Source: a virus. From it: a stretch of 64,000 bases of DNA. The stretch lies in the IMG/VR virus record IMGVR_UViG_3300036791_001436, positions 11,340 through 75,339 of that record. One strand, given 5' to 3'. A model generated the notes under the pieces. The model did no database searches and was not told where the DNA came from. It saw nothing but the letters and a program-made list of their open reading frames with translations. Shown piece by piece: positions 39,413 through 48,166 of the stretch. Numbering within the stretch: position 1 is the stretch's first letter; each line of letters starts with the position of its first letter. The translations under genes were made by a program, and so were the position numbers.

Positions 39413-39706
39413 TTAGTGCACCGCTTCCTTCTCGACGAAGATGTGCCAGACGTACTCGCTGATAGGCGGCTGGAGGACGGTGTCAACGTAGTCCTCGGGC
39501 TCGACATGAACTTCCGTGGTGTCTAGGTTCCACCCTGTGCCTACTATCCAGACCCTACGTGGCATTAAGGGTTGGCCCTCATCTACGAACGCCCACAGAG
39601 TCAGCTGTGGCCCTTGGAACGCTACCTTCAATATCTTGGAGCCCTTAGGCAGACGTAGCGTCTGCTGCGAAGTCAGGTTCAACGGGTACTTGAAGATGAT
39701 GGCCAT
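39413..39706 (-). CDS. Conserved small phage protein (IFKYPL...LWA.VD...GTG...VWH.F type)
   Basis: Recurrent phage motif pattern. Confidence 0.6.
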   Translation of the reverse strand: MAIIFKYPLNLTSQQTLRLPKGSKILKVAFQGPQLTLWAFVDEGQPLMPRRVWIVGTGWNLDTTEVHVEPEDYVDTVLQPPISEYVWHIFVEKEAVH

Positions 39707-39707
39707 G

Positions 39708-39974
39708 CTATTGTCCTGGGCGTCCTGTCTTGATTGGGCGATTAGGGTTACGGCCTTTGATGCGCGCCACACGAGGGCTCACCTGCTTCGGGAGTTCGGG
39801 GCCCCTCAACTTTGGGATGGGATAGAAGTGGCGACATAGGTGTCCTTCCGGACCTATGTGTAGCACGATCAAAGGCGGTATTGCGTGCTCTTGCCCACGA
39901 GCGAAGCACTCGCATAGGTTGTGCAGCGTGCACTCATGGTTATGACAGTAATCCTGCTCAGAGTTCGCGGCCAT
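39708..39974 (-). CDS. Cys/His-rich hypothetical protein
   Basis: C....C.....C.C.....C pattern. Confidence 0.5.
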   Translation of the reverse strand: MAANSEQDYCHNHECTLHNLCECFARGQEHAIPPLIVLHIGPEGHLCRHFYPIPKLRGPELPKQVSPRVARIKGRNPNRPIKTGRPGQ

Positions 39975-40551
39975 TAGGGGTGTAGCCCTTGTTGTCTTCC
40001 ACTGGCGGTTCCAGATCCCAGTCTGTAGATTCTGCCGCATGGCGTGCGTAGTTGACTGCCTTGTCGAAGCTTCCGAACCCTAGAGCATAGTCCCGTTGGT
40101 TGTTCTGGGATTGGATCTTGAACACCTGGTACGGGTTACGGCGGGCTTCTTTGTTGTAGCGGACTTCGAAGTAGTTCACGCTGTCGGTGTACCCTGTCCG
40201 GTATGCCGTGCGGGTTATGAGGGACGTTGCCTCTGCTGGTATGAACGGTGGCAACACCTCTCGCCAGGGGGTCCTAACTGGGGTCACCTCTGCCTCTTTC
40301 CCCATCGCAGGGCTTGCCTCTGCCTCTTTCCCCACCTTGGCTGGCTGCTCATCGTTCAGGTCAGCTATCAAGTCTGCTACGTTGCTGAAGCTCTTAGTCT
40401 CGCCGGCCTCAGCGGCCCTGATAGCCTCTTGCGTCTCAGCGTTGGGCTGAGGTTCAGGCTCTGCTTTGATGTACGCCGGCCCGCTCCTGAACGAGGCTGG
40501 GGGCAGAGCGGGGGTCCACTTCCCTGTCTTGAGCCAATTGATCAGTCCCAT
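39958..40551 (-). CDS. Hypothetical protein containing a DinJ/RelB-like C-terminal peptide
   Basis: PNAETQEAIRAAEAGETKSFSNVADLIADLN. Confidence 0.55.
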   Translation of the reverse strand: MGLINWLKTGKWTPALPPASFRSGPAYIKAEPEPQPNAETQEAIRAAEAGETKSFSNVADLIADLNDEQPAKVGKEAEASPAMGKEAEVTPVRTPWREVLPPFIPAEATSLITRTAYRTGYTDSVNYFEVRYNKEARRNPYQVFKIQSQNNQRDYALGFGSFDKAVNYARHAAESTDWDLEPPVEDNKGYTPNGREL

Positions 40552-40557
40552 GGTGTT

Positions 40558-41589
40558 TTACCCGATGTCTATTGGGTCGCGGAAGCCTTTGAAGACTGGC
40601 GTCCGCGGCGCGGTGTAGCCCCCACCGTATCCTTGGTGCTTAAATTTGACCGTCTTCCCGATCAGCTGCTCCCGGAGGAGCCATAGGGATTCCTTTTCTG
40701 CCATGCTGAGACCGTCGAACACCCCGATGCTGAAGTGGATCTGGAGGTTCTGGGTTTCGTTGCCTAGGGGTGGGTAGTCCATTACTACCTGCAGAGCCCC
40801 TAGGCAGTCTAGGGCTACCAGGTTCTCCTGGTGCGCGGAGCGGCTTGTGAGCCCGAGTTCGTTCTCCGTCTGAGGGTTGTTGTTCTGGTAGCGGGGCTCA
40901 TACCCTACGACCACTGCCTCCGCATCCTCGAACCGCTTCAGCTTCGTGAGCAGACCCTGTTTGGCGGTTGATCGACCGAATTTGTACCCTCCGATGCTGC
41001 GCCGCACGATCGCCCCTTCCCACCCCTGCTCGAGGAATTTGCGTTCCAGTTCGTAGATGTCGCCCAGTGTCGCTGCGGTCTCGTTCGGGACTACCACGAT
41101 CTGCGCGCAGTACTCGCCGTTGGTGCCTCGCACCTTGATGGCCTTGTTGGCCACGAGGTCGAAAGAGCGTTCATGGGAGGACAGTTCGTTGATTAGCATC
41201 TGAGGGCGCCACCTGCGGATCGAGAAGTCCTCCGGCCACATGATGTCGAAGAGGTACACGGTGAACTCCGGGCTCCCCTCTTCGCTTCGGATCCCGGACA
41301 TCGATGTTCGGAACACCGTTGGGTCGTAGGTGTGTCCAGAGATCACCTCGCCATCGCAGTTCATCAGTTCGAAGTGGAAGTCCTGCGCGAACTGTTGCAG
41401 GTACTTGTTAGCGTGAGGTTTCCACGAACGGCTCCTGGCGATGCCGTCACGGTCGAAGACCACCCGCATCCCGTCGATCTTCGGCTGCACGTAGAGGAAC
41501 TTGTCTTCCGCTAGGTGCGCGTGTACGATCTGCTCGTCGAACTTCTGCGCCGCGAGCATCGGCCTGATCTGTGTGTTCTCAGTGGTCAT
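40558..41589 (-). CDS. ATP-dependent DNA ligase
   Basis: PMLA, PKIDGMR (KxDG), DGEV, FDI, EGAIVR, KLKRF.DAEA, PR.PVF.GFRD. Confidence 0.92.
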   Translation of the reverse strand: MTTENTQIRPMLAAQKFDEQIVHAHLAEDKFLYVQPKIDGMRVVFDRDGIARSRSWKPHANKYLQQFAQDFHFELMNCDGEVISGHTYDPTVFRTSMSGIRSEEGSPEFTVYLFDIMWPEDFSIRRWRPQMLINELSSHERSFDLVANKAIKVRGTNGEYCAQIVVVPNETAATLGDIYELERKFLEQGWEGAIVRRSIGGYKFGRSTAKQGLLTKLKRFEDAEAVVVGYEPRYQNNNPQTENELGLTSRSAHQENLVALDCLGALQVVMDYPPLGNETQNLQIHFSIGVFDGLSMAEKESLWLLREQLIGKTVKFKHQGYGGGYTAPRTPVFKGFRDPIDIG

Positions 41590-41593
41590 GGCC

Positions 41594-41938
41594 CTACCTC
41601 CTCCGGTGCCTGACAGGGTCGATCACGTTCAGCAGATCGTACGCATCGTCGTCGAGGTCGAATCGATCCGTGTTCCCATATGCCCATCGGCAATACTTGG
41701 GGTCTGCTCGGATGAGATCCTCTACGAGGACTCCTGCGTACTTCCCGAACTTGATAGTGTCGCCGAGACTGTACACTGTTCGTATGGAGGTGAAGCTACG
41801 GATCATCACCTCGGCGAAGTGGTTAGGGGTGATCCCTCGTTCCGCCGCTGTGTTGTAGAAGTCCTGAGCCACCTCGAATGGCACATCGATGACGATGCGC
41901 TGCACCTCTGGCTGGTTGGTTAGTGTCAGGGATCCCAT
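41594..41938 (-). CDS. Small protein with FGKY.G (exonuclease-X C-terminal-like) motif
   Basis: IKFGKYAG...DLI..DP.Y..W. Confidence 0.6.
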   Translation of the reverse strand: MGSLTLTNQPEVQRIVIDVPFEVAQDFYNTAAERGITPNHFAEVMIRSFTSIRTVYSLGDTIKFGKYAGVLVEDLIRADPKYCRWAYGNTDRFDLDDDAYDLLNVIDPVRHRRR

Positions 41939-41972
41939 GGTTGGCCTACCGCCTCCTTTTCGTCGTCATTAT

Positions 41973-42001
41973 ATTATATAGCACCCAACGAGTGACCTCA
42001 A
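41973..42001 (-). promoter_or_regulatory. sigma70-like promoter
   Basis: GACTC-TTGAGG-N17-TATAAT. Confidence 0.7.
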
Positions 42002-42672
42002 GAGTCCAAATTGTGGTTGCCATTGTTTCTGTTGGCTCGGGCCTTGTCGATCATCGCCCGGACCTCTGGTGACATCTTCCGCTCATGCCCCTTAGGGGTG
42101 TATCCCGATTCTACCAGGCTGTACTTTGGTGGCCGGTCTTCTAGGATGTTGATGATCTCCTCCGCCCACATCTCCGACAGCATCTGGTTCTCTGCCGTTG
42201 CCATCTTCCCGTCCACCGTCAAGCTGACGGTTTGGAGTACGGCACCAAACTCCTCCAGCCGTTGTCGCGATCGGACTAGGGGGAAGAAGCTCACCCGCTT
42301 TCCTTGGGCAATTGGTGCTAGTGTAGGGACCGAACAACAGATGGCAGAGGTCATCTTGCCCTCGCCTTGAAACCCCCTCAGTAGTTGCTGCAAGTGGTCG
42401 TCCGTCCAGTAAGCCTCTGTGTCGGCCATGTTGCCTGACACCACTACGATCCCGTCTAGGGTTGGAGTGGAATGGGCCGTCACCGCCTCAAGAGGGCTGA
42501 CTTGATAGACTGTCCTCTGGATAGTGTTGGGACGTAGTGTCAGCTCATCCCGGATTAGGGTTTCTTGCGACACGACTTCGAAGGAGTGCCCCTTTTTCTG
42601 GAGCACCCCCAACAGGGTCCACAGCTCATGGCCATTGTACCTCTTCGCACATACAACTAGCACTTTGGACAT
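41998..42672 (-). CDS. DJ-1/PfpI family protein
   Basis: KVLVV....Y...E, nucleophile elbow SAICCS, GKR.S, VDGK.ATA. Confidence 0.8.
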   Translation of the reverse strand: MSKVLVVCAKRYNGHELWTLLGVLQKKGHSFEVVSQETLIRDELTLRPNTIQRTVYQVSPLEAVTAHSTPTLDGIVVVSGNMADTEAYWTDDHLQQLLRGFQGEGKMTSAICCSVPTLAPIAQGKRVSFFPLVRSRQRLEEFGAVLQTVSLTVDGKMATAENQMLSEMWAEEIINILEDRPPKYSLVESGYTPKGHERKMSPEVRAMIDKARANRNNGNHNLDS

Positions 42673-42692
42673 GGCTGTGGCTCCTGTAGGGG

Positions 42693-43094
42693 TTAGACCG
42701 TAGTGTCGGTTGCTTGGGCGCTGCGCGCTTCGACTTCTTCGGGGGTGATCGGCACTGCGGCCACATCACGCTCGGCGCCTAGGTTCCCTTCTGTGGTTGC
42801 CATATCCGGCTTCCAGTTGGGGATCACGTTCCCCTCGTCGTCCATATCGAGACGCATCAGGTGCAGATCGCCGCCGGCCGCGAAGAGTTTGATCGGCAGA
42901 CTGTGGCTGTTGATGTACGCGGTGAGTACGGAGCGAAGATAGGCTGGATTCTTTCCGAGCCCGGTGATGTCGATCTTGGCGACCCTGTAGTTGGTCTCCA
43001 TGAACCCCTTGATGATCGGGTAGGAAACCCTACCACGCCGACCAAGACGTTCAGTGGGGACATCTGCGGGATCGACTTCGACGAACTTGACCAT
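42693..43094 (-). CDS. Hypothetical protein
   Basis: AAGGA RBS before MVKF; own promoter. Confidence 0.6.
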   Translation of the reverse strand: MVKFVEVDPADVPTERLGRRGRVSYPIIKGFMETNYRVAKIDITGLGKNPAYLRSVLTAYINSHSLPIKLFAAGGDLHLMRLDMDDEGNVIPNWKPDMATTEGNLGAERDVAAVPITPEEVEARSAQATDTTV

Positions 43095-43144
43095 TATGCT
43101 ATTCCTTGACCTCTTGCCCTCAGGCATATTGATATAATACATAA

Positions 43145-43173
43145 ATCATATATGTATCAGATGTAGAAGTCAA
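43145..43173 (-). promoter_or_regulatory. sigma70-like promoter
   Basis: TTGACT-N17-TATGAT in an AT-rich island. Confidence 0.7.
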
Positions 43174-43202
43174 CAACTAATATATGTTCATCATAAAAAT
43201 AC

Positions 43203-43772
43203 CTACGTCGGAGGTTTACCTTCCCAGTCACTACGCTTATTGCGCCCCTGCTCTTCGCTCGTAGCCCAACGGACTTGACGTGTCTTGCCGTCAGCTTGGT
43301 ATGGTTGATAGTTGCCACGAGGATCGACTCTGTCTAGGGTATGATCCTTACTAGGTGCTGGCCCCATGAAGGCTATGAAGTTCGCCCAACCTTGTGGGTT
43401 ATCCCTGTGCCATTCAGGACATACGATAACTCCCTTGGCTCCATAGTACGGATACCCTACGTGGTCTGGATGGTAGCATCTACGCATCATCATCCACCAA
43501 ATACCCCGCTCACGGGGGAAGGGGTTGGCGTCCGCGTAGGTGATGCAGCCGCAGCTGCGCTTTGGCCATTTTGGGCGGAGGAGGTAGAATGCTGGCACGG
43601 ACTCACGCTTACCACAGTCGCACTCAACCCTCCACCGGGAGTTCTGTGCTCCCTTGACGCTCACCCGCTGGATCACCGTTAGGTATCCAAACCTGGCTCC
43701 GGGGTACACTCCAACTTTACGCGCGCGCTCCGTACGCTTGTCAGCCTTGTGCTTGTGAGTGGCTTGTGGCAT
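43203..43772 (-). CDS. Free-standing HNH homing endonuclease
   Basis: G.RFG.LTV, CDCG, SCGC, M..RC, YG.KG..VC.EW, TLDR.D..GNY, RWAT..EQ.RN. Confidence 0.85.
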   Translation of the reverse strand: MPQATHKHKADKRTERARKVGVYPGARFGYLTVIQRVSVKGAQNSRWRVECDCGKRESVPAFYLLRPKWPKRSCGCITYADANPFPRERGIWWMMMRRCYHPDHVGYPYYGAKGVIVCPEWHRDNPQGWANFIAFMGPAPSKDHTLDRVDPRGNYQPYQADGKTRQVRWATSEEQGRNKRSDWEGKPPT

Positions 43773-43823
43773 CAGTCCTCAGCCTTGTGCTTGTGAGTGG
43801 CTTGTGGCATCAGTCCTCAGCCT
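43741..43823. repeat. 38-bp perfect tandem duplication (2 copies plus 7 nt)
   Basis: tcagccttgtgcttgtgagtggcttgtggcatcagtcc at 43741-43778 and 43779-43816. Confidence 0.9.
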
Positions 43824-44133
43824 CATATCGATGGGTGCGTTCCACCTCTGCGACCTTCCATACGCGCACGTTGTTGCCTTCCTTCCTGCACGTAACCCAC
43901 CCGGAGCCTCCTAATAGCCATGCAGTGGCTGATACCCTGCTCGTTGAGACGCGGCGGATGAGTACCGAGTCGCCAATGTCAGCTGCTATCAGCGCCTTGA
44001 TACAAGCCGAGATGCCTCTGGATCGGTGGCGTCCTTCGGGTATCGGGATGCCCTTCTCGATCACAGGGTCCAGGTTTGTGATCGTGTCGGGATCGTGTTC
44101 GTCGTCGGGTGCTGGTTTGGGTGAGGGTGGCAT
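43810..44133 (-). CDS. Small putative DNA-binding protein (IEKGIPIP type)
   Basis: IEKGIPIP...IGDS...VRVW pattern; GAAGGAG RBS. Confidence 0.6.
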   Translation of the reverse strand: MPPSPKPAPDDEHDPDTITNLDPVIEKGIPIPEGRHRSRGISACIKALIAADIGDSVLIRRVSTSRVSATAWLLGGSGWVTCRKEGNNVRVWKVAEVERTHRYEAED

Positions 44134-44158
44134 CACGTCTCCTTCCGCATCTATGTAT

Positions 44159-44187
44159 ATTATATAGCACTCCTTATAGTCAAGCAA
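44159..44187 (-). promoter_or_regulatory. sigma70-like promoter
   Basis: GACTC-TTGCTT-N17-TATAAT. Confidence 0.7.
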
Positions 44188-44217
44188 GAGTCCAAATTTA
44201 GGGGCTAGGGGCTTGGG

Positions 44218-44784
44218 CTAAGTGCCGAAGATCAGATGATGGAGCAGGTGCCGCTCCGCGTCGCGAGCGTGCTTGAGTCCTTTGCTGTATAGATCCCACT
44301 GCATTAGCTTGTTGTCGGTGACGAAGGTCTTGCCGACGTAGGCCATCTGGAAGAGGATGGGTATTTGGAGCTGATGTGCGATTAGCCGGATCGCACCGAT
44401 CAGCTGCAGGGTGTGTACCCCCGACCACTTGTGCTCTTCCGACTTCCAGCTGTAGACCTTGTAGTCCTCACACACCAACTGGATGGCAAGGGACTGGGCC
44501 TTTAGTGTGCTCAGCAACATCCCTATATCAGTTGCCCCACTTTCAAGGTGCTTGGTGTCCATCTGCCGTAGGAGGATCCTGGTGTCCTTGTCCAAAGACA
44601 TCGGGCGGATGGCTACTCCAGTGGTCTCTCCAGGGTCCAGTGCTACGATCGTGTGGTTGATATTGTCCTTCCAGTCCTTGGTCTGTTGGCGGGCGCTTCC
44701 GCGCACCTTCCAAAATAGGTCATTCGGGGTGACATACTCTACCCGCTCGTTCTGGTCCATCTCGTAGATGCCTGTGCTTGTCAT
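44218..44784 (-). CDS. RuvC-like Holliday junction resolvase
   Basis: ALDPGETTGVA, VCE, HARDA. Confidence 0.75.
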   Translation of the reverse strand: MTSTGIYEMDQNERVEYVTPNDLFWKVRGSARQQTKDWKDNINHTIVALDPGETTGVAIRPMSLDKDTRILLRQMDTKHLESGATDIGMLLSTLKAQSLAIQLVCEDYKVYSWKSEEHKWSGVHTLQLIGAIRLIAHQLQIPILFQMAYVGKTFVTDNKLMQWDLYSKGLKHARDAERHLLHHLIFGT

Positions 44785-44824
44785 GTTGTTCTTGCTCTGT
44801 AGGTACTGTGGGGAAGCTTGGTGG

Positions 44825-44864
44825 AAGAAAACCCCAAGTCCGGGTCGATCAGTCGGACTTGGGG
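44825..44864 (-). terminator. Intrinsic terminator
   Basis: CCCCAAGTCCG/CGGACTTGGGG stem with a U-tract on the minus strand. Confidence 0.65.
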
Positions 44865-45015
44865 CTCCTTCCCGCCGGGTGCGTGTTCGGGGGGCGCCTA
44901 CCGGCAGAAACTAAGGGCTAGGATCAGGGCCATCCCGACCGTTGCTACTGTGGTGATCCAGGCGCTCTCACGCTGCCGCTCCCGAGGCGAGCGCATTCTG
45001 CACCTGTGGGGTCGC

Positions 45016-45282
45016 TCATCGACTGAACACCTTCCATACCAGGACTCCGACGCCGATCATGACGCCCCAGAAGAAGAGGCCGCCGGCCCAAGCACTGATC
45101 CACATCTGCCAAGCGGCTACCGGCGCTCTCTCGGGATAGTGGTCACGTGGCAGATCCCAAGGTCGAGGAGGGGAAGAAGGAGGTACGCTGCCGTGTCTCG
45201 TCGCTCCCGTGGCCTTCGCGATGCCGTCGATCAGTCGTTCGACTTCGGGGTCGACGTCGGGATGGGGTTCGATTTCAGGCAT
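45016..45282 (-). CDS. Small protein with C-terminal TM helix
   Basis: GAGGAGG RBS; hydrophobic C-terminus. Confidence 0.55.
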   Translation of the reverse strand: MPEIEPHPDVDPEVERLIDGIAKATGATRHGSVPPSSPPRPWDLPRDHYPERAPVAAWQMWISAWAGGLFFWGVMIGVGVLVWKVFSR

Positions 45283-45506
45283 GCCGCCTCCTCGCCCTTC
45301 CTGATGAAGGGCAACCCTTCGATCCTCCGACAGCGTTGGCAGTCAACGTCCATCGGGTTGCTACTGGCTAGTACCACCGGACCCCCACCCCAGCCGCGCC
45401 TCTGATAGGTTCCGTCTGACAGGCGCTGGACCATTATTCCGCACGCCGTACCGCCAGACGCTTTGTATAGGTAGTGGCGCTTCCGGGGATAGGACTTGAC
45501 TGTCAT
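45231..45506 (-). CDS. Small Zn-binding-type protein (H..CG..C..C)
   Basis: ATGA-coupled ORF. Confidence 0.5.
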   Translation of the reverse strand: MTVKSYPRKRHYLYKASGGTACGIMVQRLSDGTYQRRGWGGGPVVLASSNPMDVDCQRCRRIEGLPFIRKGEEAACLKSNPIPTSTPKSND

Positions 45507-45793
45507 CTGCGATGGTGGCCCCTATGGTAATGGTGATGGTGCCGGCCACGATGGTGGCGCGGCGGGTCTGCGGGCTGTACCGGCTTCATCACCGTCAGCG
45601 TGCGAGGGTTGGCCCGCTGCATGGTGGTGGCTTCGGCCTGCCGGATGATCCGGTAGTCGGTCTGGCAGAGCGTCGAGTAGGCGGTGATCGCCTCTGGAAC
45701 GGTGAAGGCGTGAAGCATCGGTACGCGGACATCCGGCGCGAGCGACGGGATCAGCATCAGCGAGGCTGCGGCGATGATGACAGGGTCAGTCAT
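45503..45793 (-). CDS. 96-aa protein with His/Arg-rich tail
   Basis: AGGAG RBS before MTDPV; ends HHRGRHHHHYHRGHHRR. Confidence 0.6.
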   Translation of the reverse strand: MTDPVIIAAASLMLIPSLAPDVRVPMLHAFTVPEAITAYSTLCQTDYRIIRQAEATTMQRANPRTLTVMKPVQPADPPRHHRGRHHHHYHRGHHRR

Positions 45794-45905
45794 AGTGGTC
45801 TCCTGTAGTCCTGGCCTCTTGATGAATGGGGCTAATCGACGTGCTCCCTCCCGAGGGATAGGGGGAAAGGAGGGAGCACGCCGACCAGAGCCGCCTCGAA
45901 GCCCG

Positions 45906-46877
45906 TCAGTTACGGGGGGCTTTGGCACCTTCCGACGGTGGGGGATTCGGAATCGGTGCCATCGTTCCCGACGGTTCAGCCTCGGGGGGCGGGGGTGGAG
46001 CTGCGTAGAGATACTGCGCAGGTGGAGGAGGTGGCGGCGGAGGCACGAAAGCGCTCGGCGGCTGGGCGTTCTGCCCGGCTTCAGGGCAGGGTCGGCCAAC
46101 GTCGAGGAACGCCTGACGCACGTCTTTGTCCTGGCAGAGGATTGCACGAGCGGCTTCTCTGTCGCCGGTGAGGCTTGCGACCTCACGAGCGTAGAGACGC
46201 CGGTTGCAGTTGTGGTCCTCCCATGTGCTGCCGATCGAGAGACCCCACCCCATCCCGGTGCCCGACATGGAGGAGCTCCCCATGCAGGTGTCGGTGAGCG
46301 TCGTGGTCAGAGCCGGGGCCGAGACTTGAGCGACGGTCTTGATGTCCGCTGTGGTGTGCGTCGGCACGTTGGAGTTGAGGGTCACGCTTTGGGCGTTCCC
46401 TGCGTTGCTGGCTTGGTTGTTCGCCGCCGCGTTCGACGAGCCGCCGTTGGAGGTCGAATTGCCCCCCATCGCCGACGAAGTCGAGCTGCCACCTTGACCG
46501 CCGGTCGCCACGGAGTGCGAGAGCGAAGCCGAATTGGACTCGGAGGCCGAGCGGCTGGTGTTATCCGCCGATGACGACACGGGGGCGGCCGTAACGGTGG
46601 TCTGTTGTCCGCCGTTATTGGCTTGGGAGCCGCTGGCCGACACCGCACCCGAGTTGGAGTTCGAAGTTGAGGTCTGCGGACCCACCGTGGTGGTCTGCGG
46701 GCCGTTGGTGTTCGCGCCGTTCGAGTTGGTCTGAGCACCTTGGGACTGGGTCTGAACTTGACCCTGGCCCTGCTGGGCGTTCGACGCGGCGTCAGAGGTT
46801 GAGGTTTGTTGGGCGTATGCGACAGGGTTGCCGCACAGCATGAGAGCGACCGCAGTGGTCGCGAGGAGTCGTTTCAT
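45906..46877 (-). CDS. Secreted Gln/Asn/Ser/Thr-rich protein with Cys-containing C-terminal domain
   Basis: Signal peptide MKRLLATTAVALMLCGNPVAYA; CMGS.S....G.S.G.TW.D.NC. Confidence 0.75.
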   Translation of the reverse strand: MKRLLATTAVALMLCGNPVAYAQQTSTSDAASNAQQGQGQVQTQSQGAQTNSNGANTNGPQTTTVGPQTSTSNSNSGAVSASGSQANNGGQQTTVTAAPVSSSADNTSRSASESNSASLSHSVATGGQGGSSTSSAMGGNSTSNGGSSNAAANNQASNAGNAQSVTLNSNVPTHTTADIKTVAQVSAPALTTTLTDTCMGSSSMSGTGMGWGLSIGSTWEDHNCNRRLYAREVASLTGDREAARAILCQDKDVRQAFLDVGRPCPEAGQNAQPPSAFVPPPPPPPPAQYLYAAPPPPPEAEPSGTMAPIPNPPPSEGAKAPRN

Positions 46878-46910
46878 CTTGGCCCCACCTGGGTCTGAGG
46901 AGAAGGGAAA

Positions 46911-46940
46911 GAGGTGGAGGGCATGTGACCCTCCACCTCC
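46911..46940 (-). terminator. Stem-loop between the secreted-protein genes
   Basis: GAGGTGGAGGG/CCCTCCACCTC followed by TTTCCCTT on the minus strand. Confidence 0.6.
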
Positions 46941-47006
46941 CCTCGCGCCTAAGCACGCTGTTTGAGGGCAGGCGAGCTTAGGACGTGACTCGTGCTTCCC
47001 TGGCGC

Positions 47007-47351
47007 TTAGTGAGCCAGAGCGGCCGCGGTGCCGAAGCCCGTCTGGAACGAGAACCCGCCGCTGATGCTGGTCGGGGAGTTCGAGGTGGAGGCGTTGGCG
47101 GACGAGCCGGTCGTGGTCGTGTTGGCGGCCGTGGTGCTGAACACCGGCTGCAGCGAGAGAGCCGCAGAGGTGCTGTGCGTGGTGTTGGTCGCCGTCGAGG
47201 CCGCAGCGGTGGTGCCCGCACCGGCTTGCGCCGAGAAGGTACCGCTGGCGACGCCCGAAGCCGCCGTGGCGGAAGTGGCAGTGGCCGCAGCCGCCGCACC
47301 GGCGAAACCGAGCATGGCGACGACGGCCGCAGCCGCGAAGAACTTCTTCAT
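47007..47351 (-). CDS. Secreted Ala/Thr/Ser-rich small protein
   Basis: Signal peptide MKKFFAAAAVVAMLGFAGAAAA; mature part nearly uncharged. Confidence 0.7.
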   Translation of the reverse strand: MKKFFAAAAVVAMLGFAGAAAAATATSATAASGVASGTFSAQAGAGTTAAASTATNTTHSTSAALSLQPVFSTTAANTTTTGSSANASTSNSPTSISGGFSFQTGFGTAAALAH

Positions 47352-47476
47352 ATGGGATATCCCTTGCTCCACAAAAGGTTTGATCCTCGGGCAAAGTTGT
47401 GGAGCGACCCCCCACCCGAGAATCCTGTTGAGCGCACAAGAAAGAAGTTCACTGAAGCCCTTGTGCGCAGGTGTGG

Positions 47477-47965
47477 CTATTCGGCAGCCGGCGCCTCCGT
47501 GGCGGGGGCTTCTGCCGAAGCCGGAGCCGCCGGAGCGGCAGGTGCTGCGGCCATCACTGGCTGCGCGGCTTTGTCGGGGCCGCCGGGCACCTTGTCGGTC
47601 GCCTGGAAGACGATCTGGTAGGCGACGTTCTTCCCTTCCAGGCGCGTGAGCTCCTTGGAGATGGGACCGCGGCCGATCTTCTGGCTCCAGCGCGCGAGGA
47701 TGTACTCCTTGCGTTTCATCGTGTCGCCGGCAGCGTAGGGATGGCCATCGGCCTTCACCACGCCGGTGAGATCGGTGGCCGCTTGCGCGTCCAGCTTCAG
47801 AACAATGAAGCGGGAGTCGCCGGTGTTGGGCACCACCACGGGTGTGATCGTCGGGGCAGCGGGAGCGGCTGCAGCTTCGGCAGCGGGCGGGGCTTCGGCG
47901 ACGGTTTCAGTGGCGGCTTCGGATGCGCTTTGATCCTGAGGATCGTGAGCGGGTTCCCTTGCCAT
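47477..47965 (-). CDS. Ala/Pro-rich protein with HTH-like module (paralog 1)
   Basis: AAGGAGG RBS; RKEYILARWSQKIGRGPISKEL...YQIV. Confidence 0.6.
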   Translation of the reverse strand: MAREPAHDPQDQSASEAATETVAEAPPAAEAAAAPAAPTITPVVVPNTGDSRFIVLKLDAQAATDLTGVVKADGHPYAAGDTMKRKEYILARWSQKIGRGPISKELTRLEGKNVAYQIVFQATDKVPGGPDKAAQPVMAAAPAAPAAPASAEAPATEAPAAE

Positions 47966-48057
47966 GGTTTGGCCTCCTTGGGGTGGTAGCGAGCGCTTGT
48001 AACGGTGTACTAGTGGTAGTGTCGCTGGGTACATCGCTGCTCTCACCGAACTCCATT

Positions 48058-48086
48058 AGTATATAGAAGCTCTAATGGTCAATCAA
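48058..48086 (-). promoter_or_regulatory. sigma70-like promoter
   Basis: TTGATT-N17-TATACT. Confidence 0.7.
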
Positions 48087-48166
48087 CGGTAGTTTTGGGG
48101 GCGACCAAAAATTATTTTTGTGCTACCTTTGGCCAGGCCTATGCTACGGCAATCCCTATCTATCCC

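Noticed and set aside
43741-43823. 38-bp repeat as a mini CRISPR array
   Set aside because: Copies are directly adjacent with no spacer
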